This document shows, in pieces, positions 1 through 10,831 of a stretch of DNA of 64,000 nt. Source of the stretch: Nitrospirota bacterium (GTDB lineage Bacteria; Nitrospirota; Leptospirillia; Leptospirillales; Leptospirillaceae); the NCBI GenBank assembly GCA_027314645.1, contig DAHVAL010000007.1:18758-82757 (forward strand), in the 5' to 3' direction. The notes under the pieces were generated by a model. It was given only the letters and a program-made list of their open reading frames with translations, ran no database searches and had not been told where the DNA came from. Numbering within the stretch: the stretch's first letter is position 1; the number at the start of each line of letters is the position of its first letter. The position numbers were made by a program, and so were the translations under genes.

Positions 1-1
1 C

Positions 2-2359
2 ATCTCCACGATGGGAATCCATGAGATGCGGGGGTATGGCCGGCTGATGTCTTCGATCGGACTTTCGGTGGAAGTCTCGGATCTGTTTGCCACCCCCAAT
101 TTCTTCACCAGTGAAAAATCAGGCCTTTCATGGTCGCGTATCGAGGGCGAGGCCCGCTCCAGGGCTCCCTTTTTCCACTCCGCGAAGTCGGACAAACCGA
201 GCAAGGTGTTCCATCTTTATCCAAAGGTTTGGAAGGTTGCCCTTGATGTCGCAAATTCAAACGAACCCTATTCCAAATATCAGGAAAAACTCTCGTCGAT
301 TGAGATGGACAACCCCATTTCCATCCGCCATCTCCTAGACCTTGTCCCGCACGGCAAACCGGTCTCTCCGGAACAGGTCGATGTGTCCATTCTGGATCAA
401 ACCTATCCGTTCCTCATTAGTTCCATGTCCTTTGGCTCCCAGGGAGAGGTGGCCTATAGAGCCTACGCGGAAGCAAGCGAACAGCTGGGAATCATTTCCC
501 TCAATGGCGAAGGGGGAGAAATCCAGGACCTTCTCGGAAAGTATCCAAAAACCCGGGGACAACAGATCGCCTCCGGAAGATTCGGAGTCAATATCCGGCT
601 CCTGAACTCCTCGAACCTCCTCGAAATCAAGATCGGCCAGGGCGCCAAGCCCGGCGAGGGAGGCCATCTTCCAGGCAGAAAGGTCTCTCAGAAAATTGCC
701 CGTGCCCGCCGGGCGAATCCCGGCGTAGACTTGATCTCCCCCTCAAACAACCACGATCTTTATTCCATCGAGGACCTCGCCCAACTGATCGCGGAGCTGA
801 AAAGCGCGAATCCGAAGGCCCGGATCGTCGTGAAGATTCCTGTCATTCCCGGAGTCGGAACGATCGGGATCGGAATTGCGAAGGCGGGAGCCGATATCAT
901 CACTGTCAGCGGCTACGACGGTGGAACAGGAGCCGCACGGCTTCATGCCCTCAAGTATGTCGGCCTTCCCGTGGAAATCGGCGTGACGGAGGTCCATCGG
1001 GCTCTCCTTTCCGCCGGTCTCCGCGATCAGGTCGAGATTTGGGCGGATGGCGGGCTCAAGTCTTCTGTGGATGTGGTCAAGATCCTTTGTCTCGGGGCCA
1101 ACCGTGTCGGATTCGGAACCCTTCCCATGGTCGCCATTGGGTGCACGATCTGCCGGGAATGCCAGACCGACACGTGTCATGTCGGAATCGCCACCCAGAT
1201 CGAAACGGAGGAAGATGCGGCGCGGCATGGTCTCAAAAGGTTCGTTCCGCGGGATTACGAATTTGCCGTCCGGCAGTTGGTCCACTTTTTCCGCGGGATG
1301 GGAGAGGATTTTCGGCGGATTCTTGGATCTCTTGGCGTCAATAATGCCCAATCCATCGTCGGCAATACCGGTTACCTTGCACAGATGCGCCACTTCGACC
1401 GCCTCGACCTGACCTCCCTGCTGAATCCTCTCCCCTATGGGCTGGACATTGAAGGGGTGTGCGGAATCGGAGGCGCCCCCGATGTCACGATGACAGAAAA
1501 AATCACGGAGGAGGTCTTTCGCGAACTGCGCAAGCATCCGAGTTCCGTCCTTCTCAATGTCGCCTCCGTCAATTCACAGGACCGGAATATCGGCACCCAT
1601 CTTTCCGGAACGCTCTACCGGGACTCTCCGAACCATCCGCCCGTCGATATCCGGCTTGGGTCGGGGTCGGTGGCGGGAAACGGGATGGGATCGTTCATCA
1701 AAGAAAATATGACGATCCATGTGTCTGGCGGGGCCCAGGACGGAGTCGGAAAAGGAGCGATCGGAGGCCGGATCGTCGTTCTCAAATCACGGAATCAAGA
1801 GGGTCATTTCGTGGACGGGTCGGTCGGAAAGTCGCTTGGCTACGGGGCGCAGGGCGGCATCTTTCTGATCCAGGGAAACTGTGATTCACGGGCCTGCATT
1901 CGCCTTTCCGGGGCCGATGTGGTGATCGGGGGGAGAATCACGGAACGTGTTGACGATGGAGTCGGCCATCTGGGGCTTCATGCCAATTTGAAAGGGTTTG
2001 CATTCGAATATATGACAAACGGGCGCGCGGTGGTCTTGGGAGACCCCGGTCCCTGGATATGCGCCGGCATGACGGGAGGATCGGTCTATCTGATGCCTCA
2101 GCCCGAATTCGGATTCGACCTTGAGGCCATCAAGCGGAGGATCGCAAAGGGGGCCAAGGTGGTCCTTTCCCGTCTTCTCCCTGTCGACACCGAAGCCGTG
2201 GGCCGTCTCCTGGGGGAATACGAGGCGGAACTCAGACACTCGGGTCAAACAGAAGAAGCTGACTGGGTCAACAGCATCCGCCACTCCGACCTCCGGCACC
2301 AATTCGTGCGCATCATTCCGGAATCCCAGCAGACCGAACAGGATATATCCACCGAATGA
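2..2359 (+). CDS. Glutamate synthase large-subunit-related protein. The FMN-binding GltS domain is fused to a C-terminal GXGXG domain, and no amidotransferase domain is seen. The 5' end is either ATG 11 or lies left of the window.
   Basis: Track ORF 11..2359 (782 aa), with the frame open back to nt 2. Motifs KIGQGAKPGEGGHLPG, ISPSNNHDLYSIEDLAQLI and SGYDGGTGAA match the GltB FMN domain. Cys cluster CTICRECQTDTC is present. The C-terminal half has glycine-rich GXGXG-type repeats (GSGSVAGNGMG, GGAQDGVGKGAIGG). Confidence 0.85.
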   Translation: MSTMGIHEMRGYGRLMSSIGLSVEVSDLFATPNFFTSEKSGLSWSRIEGEARSRAPFFHSAKSDKPSKVFHLYPKVWKVALDVANSNEPYSKYQEKLSSIEMDNPISIRHLLDLVPHGKPVSPEQVDVSILDQTYPFLISSMSFGSQGEVAYRAYAEASEQLGIISLNGEGGEIQDLLGKYPKTRGQQIASGRFGVNIRLLNSSNLLEIKIGQGAKPGEGGHLPGRKVSQKIARARRANPGVDLISPSNNHDLYSIEDLAQLIAELKSANPKARIVVKIPVIPGVGTIGIGIAKAGADIITVSGYDGGTGAARLHALKYVGLPVEIGVTEVHRALLSAGLRDQVEIWADGGLKSSVDVVKILCLGANRVGFGTLPMVAIGCTICRECQTDTCHVGIATQIETEEDAARHGLKRFVPRDYEFAVRQLVHFFRGMGEDFRRILGSLGVNNAQSIVGNTGYLAQMRHFDRLDLTSLLNPLPYGLDIEGVCGIGGAPDVTMTEKITEEVFRELRKHPSSVLLNVASVNSQDRNIGTHLSGTLYRDSPNHPPVDIRLGSGSVAGNGMGSFIKENMTIHVSGGAQDGVGKGAIGGRIVVLKSRNQEGHFVDGSVGKSLGYGAQGGIFLIQGNCDSRACIRLSGADVVIGGRITERVDDGVGHLGLHANLKGFAFEYMTNGRAVVLGDPGPWICAGMTGGSVYLMPQPEFGFDLEAIKRRIAKGAKVVLSRLLPVDTEAVGRLLGEYEAELRHSGQTEEADWVNSIRHSDLRHQFVRIIPESQQTEQDISTE

Positions 2360-2399
2360 GGCCGGGAGACCGTGGCATCCGACAGGCGAGGATTCCTTC

Positions 2400-3278
2400 A
2401 TGAATGCACCGGACACCGGAGTGATTTCCAGCATGACCGGGTTTGCAAACGTCGTGACGAACAATGGATATCGGATCCAGATAAAGTCTTATAACCATCG
2501 GTCACTCGAGGTCGTCCTCCGGATTCCTTCGGAATGGGAAGGACTCGAACCCCCGCTTCGAAAACTCGTTTTCCAGAAGGTTTCCCGGGGCCGGGTGGAT
2601 ACGTACATTCATCGGATCGACGACTCTCGAACAAACCTGAATTCCTTTCTCGACAAAGGCGTCCGGGCCTATCGGGAACTGTCCCTTCTGTCCCAACATT
2701 TGGGACTTTCCGGAGAGGTGGGGATCCCCCACATCCTTCAGATGATGGCGCTGGACGGGTACACCCAGTCCGCCCCTCTGGACGAGCAGAGAGCGCTTTC
2801 CGATTTTGCCGAGGCGATCGACGGCTTGGTTCAATCCCGCAAGAGAGAGGGAGAATCCTTGGGGGTCTTCTTAAAAGAGTTCCTCTCGTCGATTCGTTCT
2901 TTGGCGGACCAGATCGAAGACCGGAAGAAATCGGCAAAACAGGAGATTCGGCGGAAGTTTCTGGATCGGATGAAATCGTATATCCGAGAAATTCAAAGCG
3001 ACCCGGGAAAACGATTTGAAGAAGAGGCGCTGCTCTACCTTGCCAAGAAAGACAACGAAGAGGAGTGGAAACGCTTCCACATCCACTTGGCGCAAACGGA
3101 ACGGGAGTTGGAGAAAGGGGGACTCATTGGCCGGGCCCTGGATTTTTTGGCTCAGGAGATGAACAGGGAACTCACGACCTTTATCTCCAAGGAACCTTCT
3201 CCCGAGCTGTTTCAGCCGGCCATGGAGATTCGCAACCTCCTGTCGAGTTTTCGAGAACAGGTCCAGAACCTGGAATGA
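2400..3278 (+). CDS. yicC: YicC-family stress-induced protein
   Basis: ATG at 2400 inside track ORF 2121..3278; the upstream part of that ORF overlaps the preceding gene. N-terminal SSMTGFA motif and C-terminal ALDFLAQEMNRELTTFISK signature. Conserved yicC-gmk-rpoZ neighbourhood. Confidence 0.85.
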   Translation: MNAPDTGVISSMTGFANVVTNNGYRIQIKSYNHRSLEVVLRIPSEWEGLEPPLRKLVFQKVSRGRVDTYIHRIDDSRTNLNSFLDKGVRAYRELSLLSQHLGLSGEVGIPHILQMMALDGYTQSAPLDEQRALSDFAEAIDGLVQSRKREGESLGVFLKEFLSSIRSLADQIEDRKKSAKQEIRRKFLDRMKSYIREIQSDPGKRFEEEALLYLAKKDNEEEWKRFHIHLAQTERELEKGGLIGRALDFLAQEMNRELTTFISKEPSPELFQPAMEIRNLLSSFREQVQNLE

Positions 3279-3315
3279 AGCCGTCTTTCCACACCAAGCA
3301 CAGTAAGGGCTGCAA

Positions 3316-4029
3316 TTGAACAAGACGCCGCGCCCCTCTCCCGGTGTTCCCACTCATCCGCCAGAAAATGCCTGGTTTTCGATCCCTCCTGATCTGGGAA
3401 GGCCCCTCCTCTACATCATCTCAGCCCCTTCCGGCGCCGGAAAGACCAGCCTCTGCCGCCGAGTGTCCTCCATGGTCGATTGGATCACCTACTCCATTTC
3501 CTATACCACACGCGCCCCACGCCCCGGGGAACTGGACGGAATCGATTATTTCTTCGTTTCTCCCAACGTCTTCGAATCCATGAAAGAGCATGGGGAATTT
3601 CTTGAGACCGCAGAGGTTTATGGAAATCAGTACGGAACCGCGCGACGTCAAATCGACGCCTCCTTCGCTGCCGGAAAGGACGTTCTTGTCGACATCGACA
3701 TCCAGGGAGCCCGGACCATGCGGGCAAGCGGGATCCCGAGCCTGTCCGTCTACATTCTCCCCCCCTCCTATGAAATATTGCGGGAACGTTTGTCCGGAAG
3801 GGGACAGGACTCCCCCGAGACCATCAAAAAGCGTCTCGAGCGCGCAAAAAACGAAATTATCAGCTATAATGAATACGATTACCTGTTGATAAATCGGGAA
3901 TTTGACCATGCCGCTCATGACCTTTTGGCCATTATTCGGGCGGAGCACTACCGAAAGTCCGGGTTGACGGACTATATGGAAAAGACATTCCTCAAGGGGT
4001 TCTCGGGCGACACCCTCCCCTCGGGATGA
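3316..4029 (+). CDS. gmk: Guanylate kinase
   Basis: P-loop SAPSGAGKTS and the YSISYTTRAPRPGELDGIDYFFVS signature. TTG start at 3316 per the track; the true start may lie a few codons downstream. Confidence 0.9.
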   Translation: MNKTPRPSPGVPTHPPENAWFSIPPDLGRPLLYIISAPSGAGKTSLCRRVSSMVDWITYSISYTTRAPRPGELDGIDYFFVSPNVFESMKEHGEFLETAEVYGNQYGTARRQIDASFAAGKDVLVDIDIQGARTMRASGIPSLSVYILPPSYEILRERLSGRGQDSPETIKKRLERAKNEIISYNEYDYLLINREFDHAAHDLLAIIRAEHYRKSGLTDYMEKTFLKGFSGDTLPSG

Positions 4030-4086
4030 CCGGACAGCGCCGTTTATGCTCAGTTGGCGAAACCCATGACCAGTTTGGAGATTTGA

Positions 4087-4497
4087 ATGAACGACATTAT
4101 TTCCCAGCCGATCGAATACACCGACGAGATCATTGACAGCCATTACCGGCTGGTCATCGCCGCCGCAAAGAGAACACGCCAGATCATGGAAGGCCATCCT
4201 CCGGTTCAGGCTTGGCCTTACCACAAGGAGACCACCATCGGACTGGCCGAGGTTCTGGAAAAGAAGATCCCGGTTCTTATTGGTGCACCGGCCGTTTTGG
4301 CCGAACATAAGCATCGAGAGGCCCTCCGGGCGGCTCGAAAGCAAGAAGAATACCTTCATTCCCCACGCGGCTATGCCAGGGAATCTGCGGAAGCGATTCA
4401 AGCGGACCTGGGACATTACCAGGAGGAGCCTTCTTCCTACTCGGGAGATCCGGGAGAAGGGGCTGAGGAAGAAAGCTACGACGACAAGGAGATCTGA
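4087..4497 (+). CDS. rpoZ: DNA-directed RNA polymerase subunit omega
   Basis: 136 aa. IIDSHYRLVIAAAKRTRQI matches the conserved omega N-terminal region. Acidic C-terminal tail. Canonical position after gmk. Confidence 0.8.
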   Translation: MNDIISQPIEYTDEIIDSHYRLVIAAAKRTRQIMEGHPPVQAWPYHKETTIGLAEVLEKKIPVLIGAPAVLAEHKHREALRAARKQEEYLHSPRGYARESAEAIQADLGHYQEEPSSYSGDPGEGAEEESYDDKEI

Positions 4498-4502
4498 TTC
4501 CC

Positions 4503-5741
4503 TTGCCGGATCGGGGACCGACTCTTATCCTGGGCGTGACCGGGAGCATTGCCGCATACAAGGCTCTCGACCTCATTCGCCGCCTCGTGGGAGAGGGTGT
4601 TTCCGTCCATGTTGTGGCCACTTCGAAGGCGCGTCCTTTTTTCCCGGCCATGGCCGCCGAAGTCCTTTCGGGCCACCGGGTGGAAACAAATCTTTTCTCC
4701 CGAAAGCCCTACACCCAGGAAGAGAAACTCCACGTTCCCCATCTTTCCTTGCTTTCGCGAGCTGACGCCGTCCTCGTCGCTCCCGCCTCGGCGGATTTCA
4801 TTGCCCGGTTAGCCTTGGGCCTGGCGGACGATCTCCTGTCCACAATGCTCTTATCCGCCAAGGTCCCCGTCGTGATCGCCCCCGCGATGGAAGAAGCCAT
4901 GTATCTCCATCCTGCCTCGGCCGGACACCGCCATACCCTCAATGAACGCGGTGTGCTGGAAATTCCTCCCGAGTCGGGGTCCCTGGCGTCCGGAATGACA
5001 GGCCTCGGACGAATGGCCTCTGTCGACCAGATCCTTTCCGTGATCCTTCCGATCCTGCGTGCTAGGCGACCGCCCACAGGCGTTCTTTCGGGCGTCCGCG
5101 TCCTGATTTCTTCCGGACCGACCTTTGAACCGATCGATTCGGTCCGATTCCTTGGAAATCGTTCTTCCGGCCTGATGGGGGAAGCATTGGCCAGGGCAGC
5201 CATGGCAAGAGGGGCTCAAGTCACGGTTGTTTCAGGCCCTACCGCCCTCCCGCCTCTTCCTGGAACGACCCATTATGGCGTGACCACCACGCGGGAGATG
5301 GAAGATCGGCTCAGAGAATTGTTCCCCGCCCACCAGCTCCTGATCATGGCGGCCGCCGTTTCCGACTATCGTCCGCGGGATCCTCTCCCTGTCAAGCGGA
5401 AAAAGGACGGAAAGGATTGGACCCTTCAACTGGCAGAAAATCGGGACATCCTGCTGGGCCTTGCGGAAATGCGTCAACCGGGCCAATTCCTTATCGGATT
5501 TGCCGCGGAGTCGGTTCTGGATCCGGCCGCTCTCATTAAAAAATGCCGATCCAAGAAGGTGGATCTTCTTGTCGCAAACGATATCTCGAATTCAGAGACC
5601 GGATTTGCCTCCACCCAAAACGAGGTCACGCTCGTATCCCCCGAGGGATCGATCAACGCGTTTTCTCGGGCCGACAAAAGGGTCGTTGCCGAACAGATCC
5701 TCGATGCGGTGTGCAAGGAAGGATGGCCCCCAGCACCATGA
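4503..5741 (+). CDS. coaBC: Bifunctional phosphopantothenoylcysteine decarboxylase / phosphopantothenate-cysteine ligase
   Basis: N-terminal flavoprotein motif ILGVTGSIAAYKALDLIRRL. The C-terminal CoaB half carries ISSGPTFEPIDSVRFLGNRSSG and AAAVSDYRP. Confidence 0.92.
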   Translation: MPDRGPTLILGVTGSIAAYKALDLIRRLVGEGVSVHVVATSKARPFFPAMAAEVLSGHRVETNLFSRKPYTQEEKLHVPHLSLLSRADAVLVAPASADFIARLALGLADDLLSTMLLSAKVPVVIAPAMEEAMYLHPASAGHRHTLNERGVLEIPPESGSLASGMTGLGRMASVDQILSVILPILRARRPPTGVLSGVRVLISSGPTFEPIDSVRFLGNRSSGLMGEALARAAMARGAQVTVVSGPTALPPLPGTTHYGVTTTREMEDRLRELFPAHQLLIMAAAVSDYRPRDPLPVKRKKDGKDWTLQLAENRDILLGLAEMRQPGQFLIGFAAESVLDPAALIKKCRSKKVDLLVANDISNSETGFASTQNEVTLVSPEGSINAFSRADKRVVAEQILDAVCKEGWPPAP

Positions 5742-5919
5742 CCGGGAGGCTTCCATGAGAGAACGGCTGAAGGGCGGGCTTTATCCACGAGAGAATCCGT
5801 CCCGATTCCTTGCAATGATCGTTTATTGTTGCTAGGATACAGCCCGACCCGACCTTTGTCTTTTTGTTTTTGCTCCTCCTTCGAACGGACTGTTGACCTT
5901 TCCCAATGGCGGACTAACC

Positions 5920-7209
5920 ATGAATCAAGATGAACTGAAGGTTTTGGAAGAGCGGATCAAAGCCAATCCAAAAAGCCGTTCCTTCCTTCAGCTGGCGGAA
6001 GCCTATATCGAGATGGGACGCCGCTCAGAGGCACTCGCACTTCTTAAAAACGGGGAAGAGTATTACCCGTATTATCTTGCGGCTCGGATCGCCTATGGAA
6101 AACTTCTTCGCGAAGAACGCGATCTGGACGGGTCCATTGGACAATTCGAATTTGTGAATCGGACCATTCCCGAAAATCTCATCGCCCTCAAGAATCTCGC
6201 GGAGCTCTATCTCCTCAAGGACCGATTTCAGGAGGCGGTGGAGATGGCCAACGCGGCGCTCGCCCTTTCTCCCAGCGACCCCGAAATGACCGAGGTCCTG
6301 AATAAAGCGCAAGCTGGGATCGGATCGAAATCCTCCCGTGTCGCCTCTCCCGCCCCCTCTTCCGTAAAATCTCCTCCTCCTCCAGAAAAACCGCCGGCGC
6401 CGGTACCCGAACCGTCTCTGGAAGAGGACGTGGTTTACGTTCACATCAACGAAGGTCAGGAGACGTTATCGGCACCGGAAGCCGATCCCCCGGTTGTCGA
6501 ACCGCCCTTGAAGGCCAGGAAACCACCGGAACCCGAACCGGCGGCCCCGTCCAATCTCCCCCGGACAGAAACGATGGGGGACCTTCTCGTCGGCCAGGGA
6601 CACCTGGAAGAGGCGTTGTCGGTCTATGAATCGGTGTTGGCCCAGGACCCGAGGAGCGCGACCCTTCCTAAAAAGATTCATACGCTCAAAACCACGCTTG
6701 GTCTGCTCAAATCCCCCGAACCTTCCCCCCAGATCGAGGAAGAAGTGATGACAGTCGTGATCGAAGAGGAAGACGCAGGAGAGAAAGAGGCGGTGGATGC
6801 GGCGCTCTCCTCCCTTGAGGTCATGTCGTCTTCTCCGGTGCTGACAGGGTTATCGGACCGGATCGTCGACAAGATCAGGGATCGGATGGGACGGGAGCTT
6901 ATCGGCTATGTGATCTCGACCTTGGATGGCCTATCCGCCGAAGCCAGCGACAAAGGGCACTGGGCGGATGTTCTGGCGGCTGAAGGGGTGGCCATCGTCC
7001 GGGCGGTGACCGACATGACACACATGCTGAACTGGGGAGAGCTTCAGGGAACGGTGGTCTGGATGGACAAAGCCGTCCTCTACGGGCTTCCCGTCCAGCG
7101 AAACGAGGCCCTGTTCCTGGCCCTCAAGTCCGGCGCCAACGTGGGACTCTGCCGACTCCTTGTCGCCCAGGTCATCGAGGATATGCGCCTCCAGGAGACC
7201 CAGGAGTGA
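5920..7209 (+). CDS. TPR-repeat protein with a Pro-rich linker and a C-terminal Roadblock/LC7-like domain
   Basis: ATG 5920 within track ORF 5893..7209. TPR-like helices (AEAYIEMGRRSEALALLKNG, NLAELYLLKDRFQEAVEMANAALALSP, GHLEEALSVYESVLAQDP). Linker PPPPEKPPAPVPEP. The C-terminal segment LIGYVISTLDGL...ANVGLCRLLVAQVIEDM resembles MglB-type Roadblock. Confidence 0.7.
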   Translation: MNQDELKVLEERIKANPKSRSFLQLAEAYIEMGRRSEALALLKNGEEYYPYYLAARIAYGKLLREERDLDGSIGQFEFVNRTIPENLIALKNLAELYLLKDRFQEAVEMANAALALSPSDPEMTEVLNKAQAGIGSKSSRVASPAPSSVKSPPPPEKPPAPVPEPSLEEDVVYVHINEGQETLSAPEADPPVVEPPLKARKPPEPEPAAPSNLPRTETMGDLLVGQGHLEEALSVYESVLAQDPRSATLPKKIHTLKTTLGLLKSPEPSPQIEEEVMTVVIEEEDAGEKEAVDAALSSLEVMSSSPVLTGLSDRIVDKIRDRMGRELIGYVISTLDGLSAEASDKGHWADVLAAEGVAIVRAVTDMTHMLNWGELQGTVVWMDKAVLYGLPVQRNEALFLALKSGANVGLCRLLVAQVIEDMRLQETQE

Positions 7210-7670
7210 CAAAGATCCTGATTCTTCAAGGCCCGAACCTAAACCGCCTTGGATCTCGGGAGCCTTCAACCTACGGGACGCGAACCCTTGAAGAGATCCA
7301 CGAAGAGATTCGCGCTTTGGGAACTGAAACAGGGTTCGCACCGATCTTCTTCCAATCCAATCACGAAGGGGCCCTTGTCGACCGCATACACCAGGCGGGT
7401 GACGAGGGAGTGCACGGAATCGTGGCCAATCTCGGTGCCTATACCCATACCAGCATCGCCATCAGGGATGCGCTCCTGTCGGTGGGCCTTCCTGTCGTTG
7501 AGGTGCATCTCTCGAATGTGTACAAACGGGAATCATTCCGGAAAAAAAGTCTGATCAGCGACATTTCTGCCGGTGTGATCGGAGGGTTGGGTCCGATCGT
7601 TTACCGTCTCGGGGTCCTGGGGATTCTCGACCTTCTCAAAAATCCCGGGAAGAACCCGATCTCGTCATAG
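7206..7670 (+). CDS. aroQ: 3-dehydroquinate dehydratase, type II
   Basis: KILILQGPNLNRLGSREPSTYG and HLSNVYKRESFR signatures. The GTG start overlaps the upstream stop (GTGA at 7206-7209). Confidence 0.92.
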   Translation: MTKILILQGPNLNRLGSREPSTYGTRTLEEIHEEIRALGTETGFAPIFFQSNHEGALVDRIHQAGDEGVHGIVANLGAYTHTSIAIRDALLSVGLPVVEVHLSNVYKRESFRKKSLISDISAGVIGGLGPIVYRLGVLGILDLLKNPGKNPISS

Positions 7671-7714
7671 GTCTTACAACACCCTGGATTGTCCGGGATC
7701 ATCAAGGAGTCGGC

Positions 7715-8290
7715 ATGGCTGTAATCGTCACCAGCGATTTTCGTGGTGGAGCAAGACTTGAAGTGGATGGTGAACCTTACTTTATCGTAGAGTTTCAACA
7801 TGTCAAACCTGGCAAGGGAGGGGCTTTTGTTCGCACGAAGCTCAAAAATATGAAAACCGGCCTTGTGATTGAGCGGACCTTCCGATCAGGAGAAAAGTTC
7901 GATGTGCCCGACGTGGAAGAGAAGACCATGCAGTTTCTTTACTCCCAGGGAGAGGACTACATCTTCATGGACTCGGTCACCTACGAACAAATCACCCTCA
8001 CGAAAAAAGACCTGGGCGACAGAGTCCTGTTTTTGAAAGAGCAGATGCCCGTCAACATCTTATTCTACAAGGAAAAGCCCATCACGATCGATCTCCCCAC
8101 TTTCGTAGACCTGAGGATCGTTGAAACCGACCCGGCCCGCAAAGGAGACACCGCCTCCGGAGGCTCAAAACCAGCCCGGGTCGAAACCGGGGCCACCGTC
8201 AAGGTCCCGTTCCACCTTCAGGAAGGGGACGTGATCAAGGTGGATACCAGAACTTCGGAATATATTGAACGGGTACGCTCCGGAAGCTAA
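7715..8290 (+). CDS. efp: Elongation factor P
   Basis: 191 aa. [16 protein letters not shown] loop and overall EF-P architecture. Confidence 0.95.
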   Translation: MAVIVTSDFRGGARLEVDGEPYFIVEFQHVKPGKGGAFVRTKLKNMKTGLVIERTFRSGEKFDVPDVEEKTMQFLYSQGEDYIFMDSVTYEQITLTKKDLGDRVLFLKEQMPVNILFYKEKPITIDLPTFVDLRIVETDPARKGDTASGGSKPARVETGATVKVPFHLQEGDVIKVDTRTSEYIERVRSGS

Positions 8291-8319
8291 CGCCCCCCGA
8301 ACCGCGAGGACGATCATTG

Positions 8320-8784
8320 ATGAATAATGAGGACATTCGGGAGATCCTGGACCTTGTCAGAGAGCATAATCTCCTCTCCTTTGAGTTCGAGCGCAACGGG
8401 GCCCGGATCCGGATCCAGCGATCTCCGTTCCAGTCAACCGGCGGGACCTTTTCAGAACCGGGGGAGCGCTCCCTGACGGGAGGGGAGACCCCTGTGTCTG
8501 TCTCGCCCCAGTCGATCCGACCGGAATCGGTCCGGGTCATCACCTCCCCGATTGTTGGAACCTTTTACCGTTCCTCCGCCCCTGATGCCCCTCCTTACGC
8601 CGAAGTCGGGAGCGTTGTCACGAAGGGGCAAATCCTCTGCATCATCGAGGCGATGAAGTTGATGAACGAAATCGAGTCTGAAATCGAAGGGACGGTTCGG
8701 GCCTTTCTTGTTGAAAATGGCCAGCCTGTCGAATATGGAACGCCCTTGATCGAAATCGACACGAAGGCGGAAGAAGCTTCCTGA
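8320..8784 (+). CDS. accB: Acetyl-CoA carboxylase biotin carboxyl carrier protein
   Basis: Biotinyl-lysine motif [18 protein letters not shown] lies 9 nt upstream of ATG 8320; the track start TTG 8317 is also possible. Sits in the efp-accB-accC order. Confidence 0.9.
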   Translation: MNNEDIREILDLVREHNLLSFEFERNGARIRIQRSPFQSTGGTFSEPGERSLTGGETPVSVSPQSIRPESVRVITSPIVGTFYRSSAPDAPPYAEVGSVVTKGQILCIIEAMKLMNEIESEIEGTVRAFLVENGQPVEYGTPLIEIDTKAEEAS

Positions 8785-10181
8785 TGGCCACACCCTCAAA
8801 AAGGCTCTTCAAGAAGGTCCTGGTCGCCAATCGCGGAGAGATCGCCGTCCGGGTGATCCGCGCCTGTCGCGATCTGGGCCTGTCGACTGTCGCCATTTAC
8901 TCGACCGCGGACAGCCAATCCCTTCATGTTCAGATGGCGGATGAAGCGGTATGCGTGGGTCCTCCCGAAGGCCAGGGGAGCTACAGGAACATCCCCAACA
9001 TCATTAGCGCCGCGGAAATCTCACAGGCCGACGCCATCCACCCCGGATACGGATTTCTCTCGGAAAACGCCCACTTTGCGGAGATCTGCAATGCGGCCGG
9101 AATCGTCTTTATCGGCCCTTCCCCCGAAACGATTTCGCTGATGGGAGACAAGGCCCGGGCCAAGGCCCTGATGAAAGAGGCCGGTGTCCCGGTCGTGCCC
9201 GGCAGCATCGGGACGATCTCCTCTGAATCGGAGGGTCTCGACGTCGCCTCGGAAATCGGATATCCCTTGATCATCAAGGCCTCTGGAGGGGGCGGGGGCA
9301 GAGGCATGCGGATCGTCACCTCTCCCGAAGAATTTTCCAATGCCTTCCAGACCGCCCAGACCGAAGCTCTTCAAGCCTTCGGAAATAAAGAAGTCTATAT
9401 CGAACGCTATTTCATCAACCCCCGCCACATCGAAATCCAGGTCCTGGGAGACGGGAAAGGAGACATTCTCACATTCGGGGAGCGCGATTGCTCGATCCAG
9501 CGAAGGCACCAGAAACTTCTTGAGGAGGCCCCTTCGCCCTTCATCACGTCGGCCCTTCGGTCAGCCATGAGCCAGGCGGCGATCGCCGCCTCAAAGGCGG
9601 CCCATTATGTCAATGCGGGAACGGTGGAGTTCCTCGTGGACCCGGAGGAACGGTTTTTTTTCATCGAGATGAATACACGGATCCAGGTCGAGCATCCGGT
9701 CACCGAATCGATTTTTCGCTATGACCTTGTAAGGGCTCAAATCCAGGTGGCCTTGGGAGAACCGATCCCCTCCCCCCCCTCGCGCCCCGAAGGACATGCG
9801 ATCGAATGCCGGATTAACGCGGAAGATCCCTGGACCTTCACGCCTTCTCCCGGAATCATCACCCGCCTCATCCTCCCTGGAGGTCCAGGGGTTCGCGTCG
9901 ATACCGCGGCCTATCAGGGAGCCGTCATCCCGCCTTATTACGACAGCCTGGTGGCCAAGGTGATCTCGACCGCACGGAACCGGGAGGAATGCATGGACCG
10001 CATGCTTCGGGCCCTTTCCGAGATGAAGGTTGACGGCATCAAAACCACTCTTCCCTTCCACCTTGAGGTCCTTCGGGATCCGACATTCCGCTCCGGCCGC
10101 TATTCGACCTCGTTCGTCGAACACTTTTTGGACCGGCGGGAACAAGCCTTGGAAGAAGAGGCTTCCGAGCCCAATGAATGA
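8784..10181 (+). CDS. accC: Acetyl-CoA carboxylase biotin carboxylase subunit
   Basis: [28 protein letters not shown] and [14 protein letters not shown]. The start overlaps the accB stop (TGATG). Confidence 0.95.
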   Translation: MATPSKRLFKKVLVANRGEIAVRVIRACRDLGLSTVAIYSTADSQSLHVQMADEAVCVGPPEGQGSYRNIPNIISAAEISQADAIHPGYGFLSENAHFAEICNAAGIVFIGPSPETISLMGDKARAKALMKEAGVPVVPGSIGTISSESEGLDVASEIGYPLIIKASGGGGGRGMRIVTSPEEFSNAFQTAQTEALQAFGNKEVYIERYFINPRHIEIQVLGDGKGDILTFGERDCSIQRRHQKLLEEAPSPFITSALRSAMSQAAIAASKAAHYVNAGTVEFLVDPEERFFFIEMNTRIQVEHPVTESIFRYDLVRAQIQVALGEPIPSPPSRPEGHAIECRINAEDPWTFTPSPGIITRLILPGGPGVRVDTAAYQGAVIPPYYDSLVAKVISTARNREECMDRMLRALSEMKVDGIKTTLPFHLEVLRDPTFRSGRYSTSFVEHFLDRREQALEEEASEPNE

Positions 10182-10809
10182 GGCGACGACAGCCTTTCCC
10201 CGCCTCCTCTACCTTGCAGGGACCCAGGACTTCGCCGACGAAAACGCCTTTGAACGCACCCTTCGCGACCTTTTCGACGCCGGTCTCCCCTGGTTCCAAT
10301 TGCGGGACAAAACACACGACGATCGGGCGCTCTTCCGCCTTGCAGAGAAAATCAGACGATGGACGCGGGAGACGGGGTGTCTCTTCACCGTCAACGACCG
10401 GCCCGATATTGCCGTTCTGACGGAGGCGGACGGGGTGCATCTCGGACAGGAGGATCTTTCTGCCCTTGAAACGGAATATGTCCGCCCGGCGGAAGGGTTT
10501 CATCTGGGAATCTCCACCCATGACCGTTTAGAGGTGCTGAGGGCCTTGACGATCAAGCCGGACTACCTGGGGGTCGGACCGATCTTTCAGTCCTCGACTA
10601 AAGCGACGGGAGTTCCCCCCCGAGGCCCACAGGCTCTCTCGGAAACACGGGAATTGACCAAGCTTCCCCTCGTGGCGATCGGCGGCTTCACCCTTGAAAA
10701 TGTCCACGACGTCCTGGCATCGGGCTGCACGGTCGCCGTCAGCGGAACTCTTTCGAGGGCCAATGATCCCCGCACCGTCCTTCGGTCATTCCTCGAGGTC
10801 TTGGCATGA
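10174..10809 (+). CDS. thiE: Thiamine-phosphate synthase
   Basis: ATG 10174 within track ORF 10030..10809, overlapping the accC stop by 8 nt. Motifs [36 protein letters not shown] and VAIGG. Confidence 0.85.
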   Translation: MNEATTAFPRLLYLAGTQDFADENAFERTLRDLFDAGLPWFQLRDKTHDDRALFRLAEKIRRWTRETGCLFTVNDRPDIAVLTEADGVHLGQEDLSALETEYVRPAEGFHLGISTHDRLEVLRALTIKPDYLGVGPIFQSSTKATGVPPRGPQALSETRELTKLPLVAIGGFTLENVHDVLASGCTVAVSGTLSRANDPRTVLRSFLEVLA

Positions 10810-10831
10810 ACTCCCGTCATCTCCCCGGCTC

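Noticed and set aside
10030-10173. Upstream extensions of track ORFs for thiE (10030), GT2 (10694), GT2 (24349), icd (36136), AttH-like (41863), uppP, Rrf2 and dksA
   Set aside because: Each extension overlaps the preceding gene or lacks an RBS, and it precedes an internal start that matches the conserved N-terminus of the family. The shorter forms were annotated.
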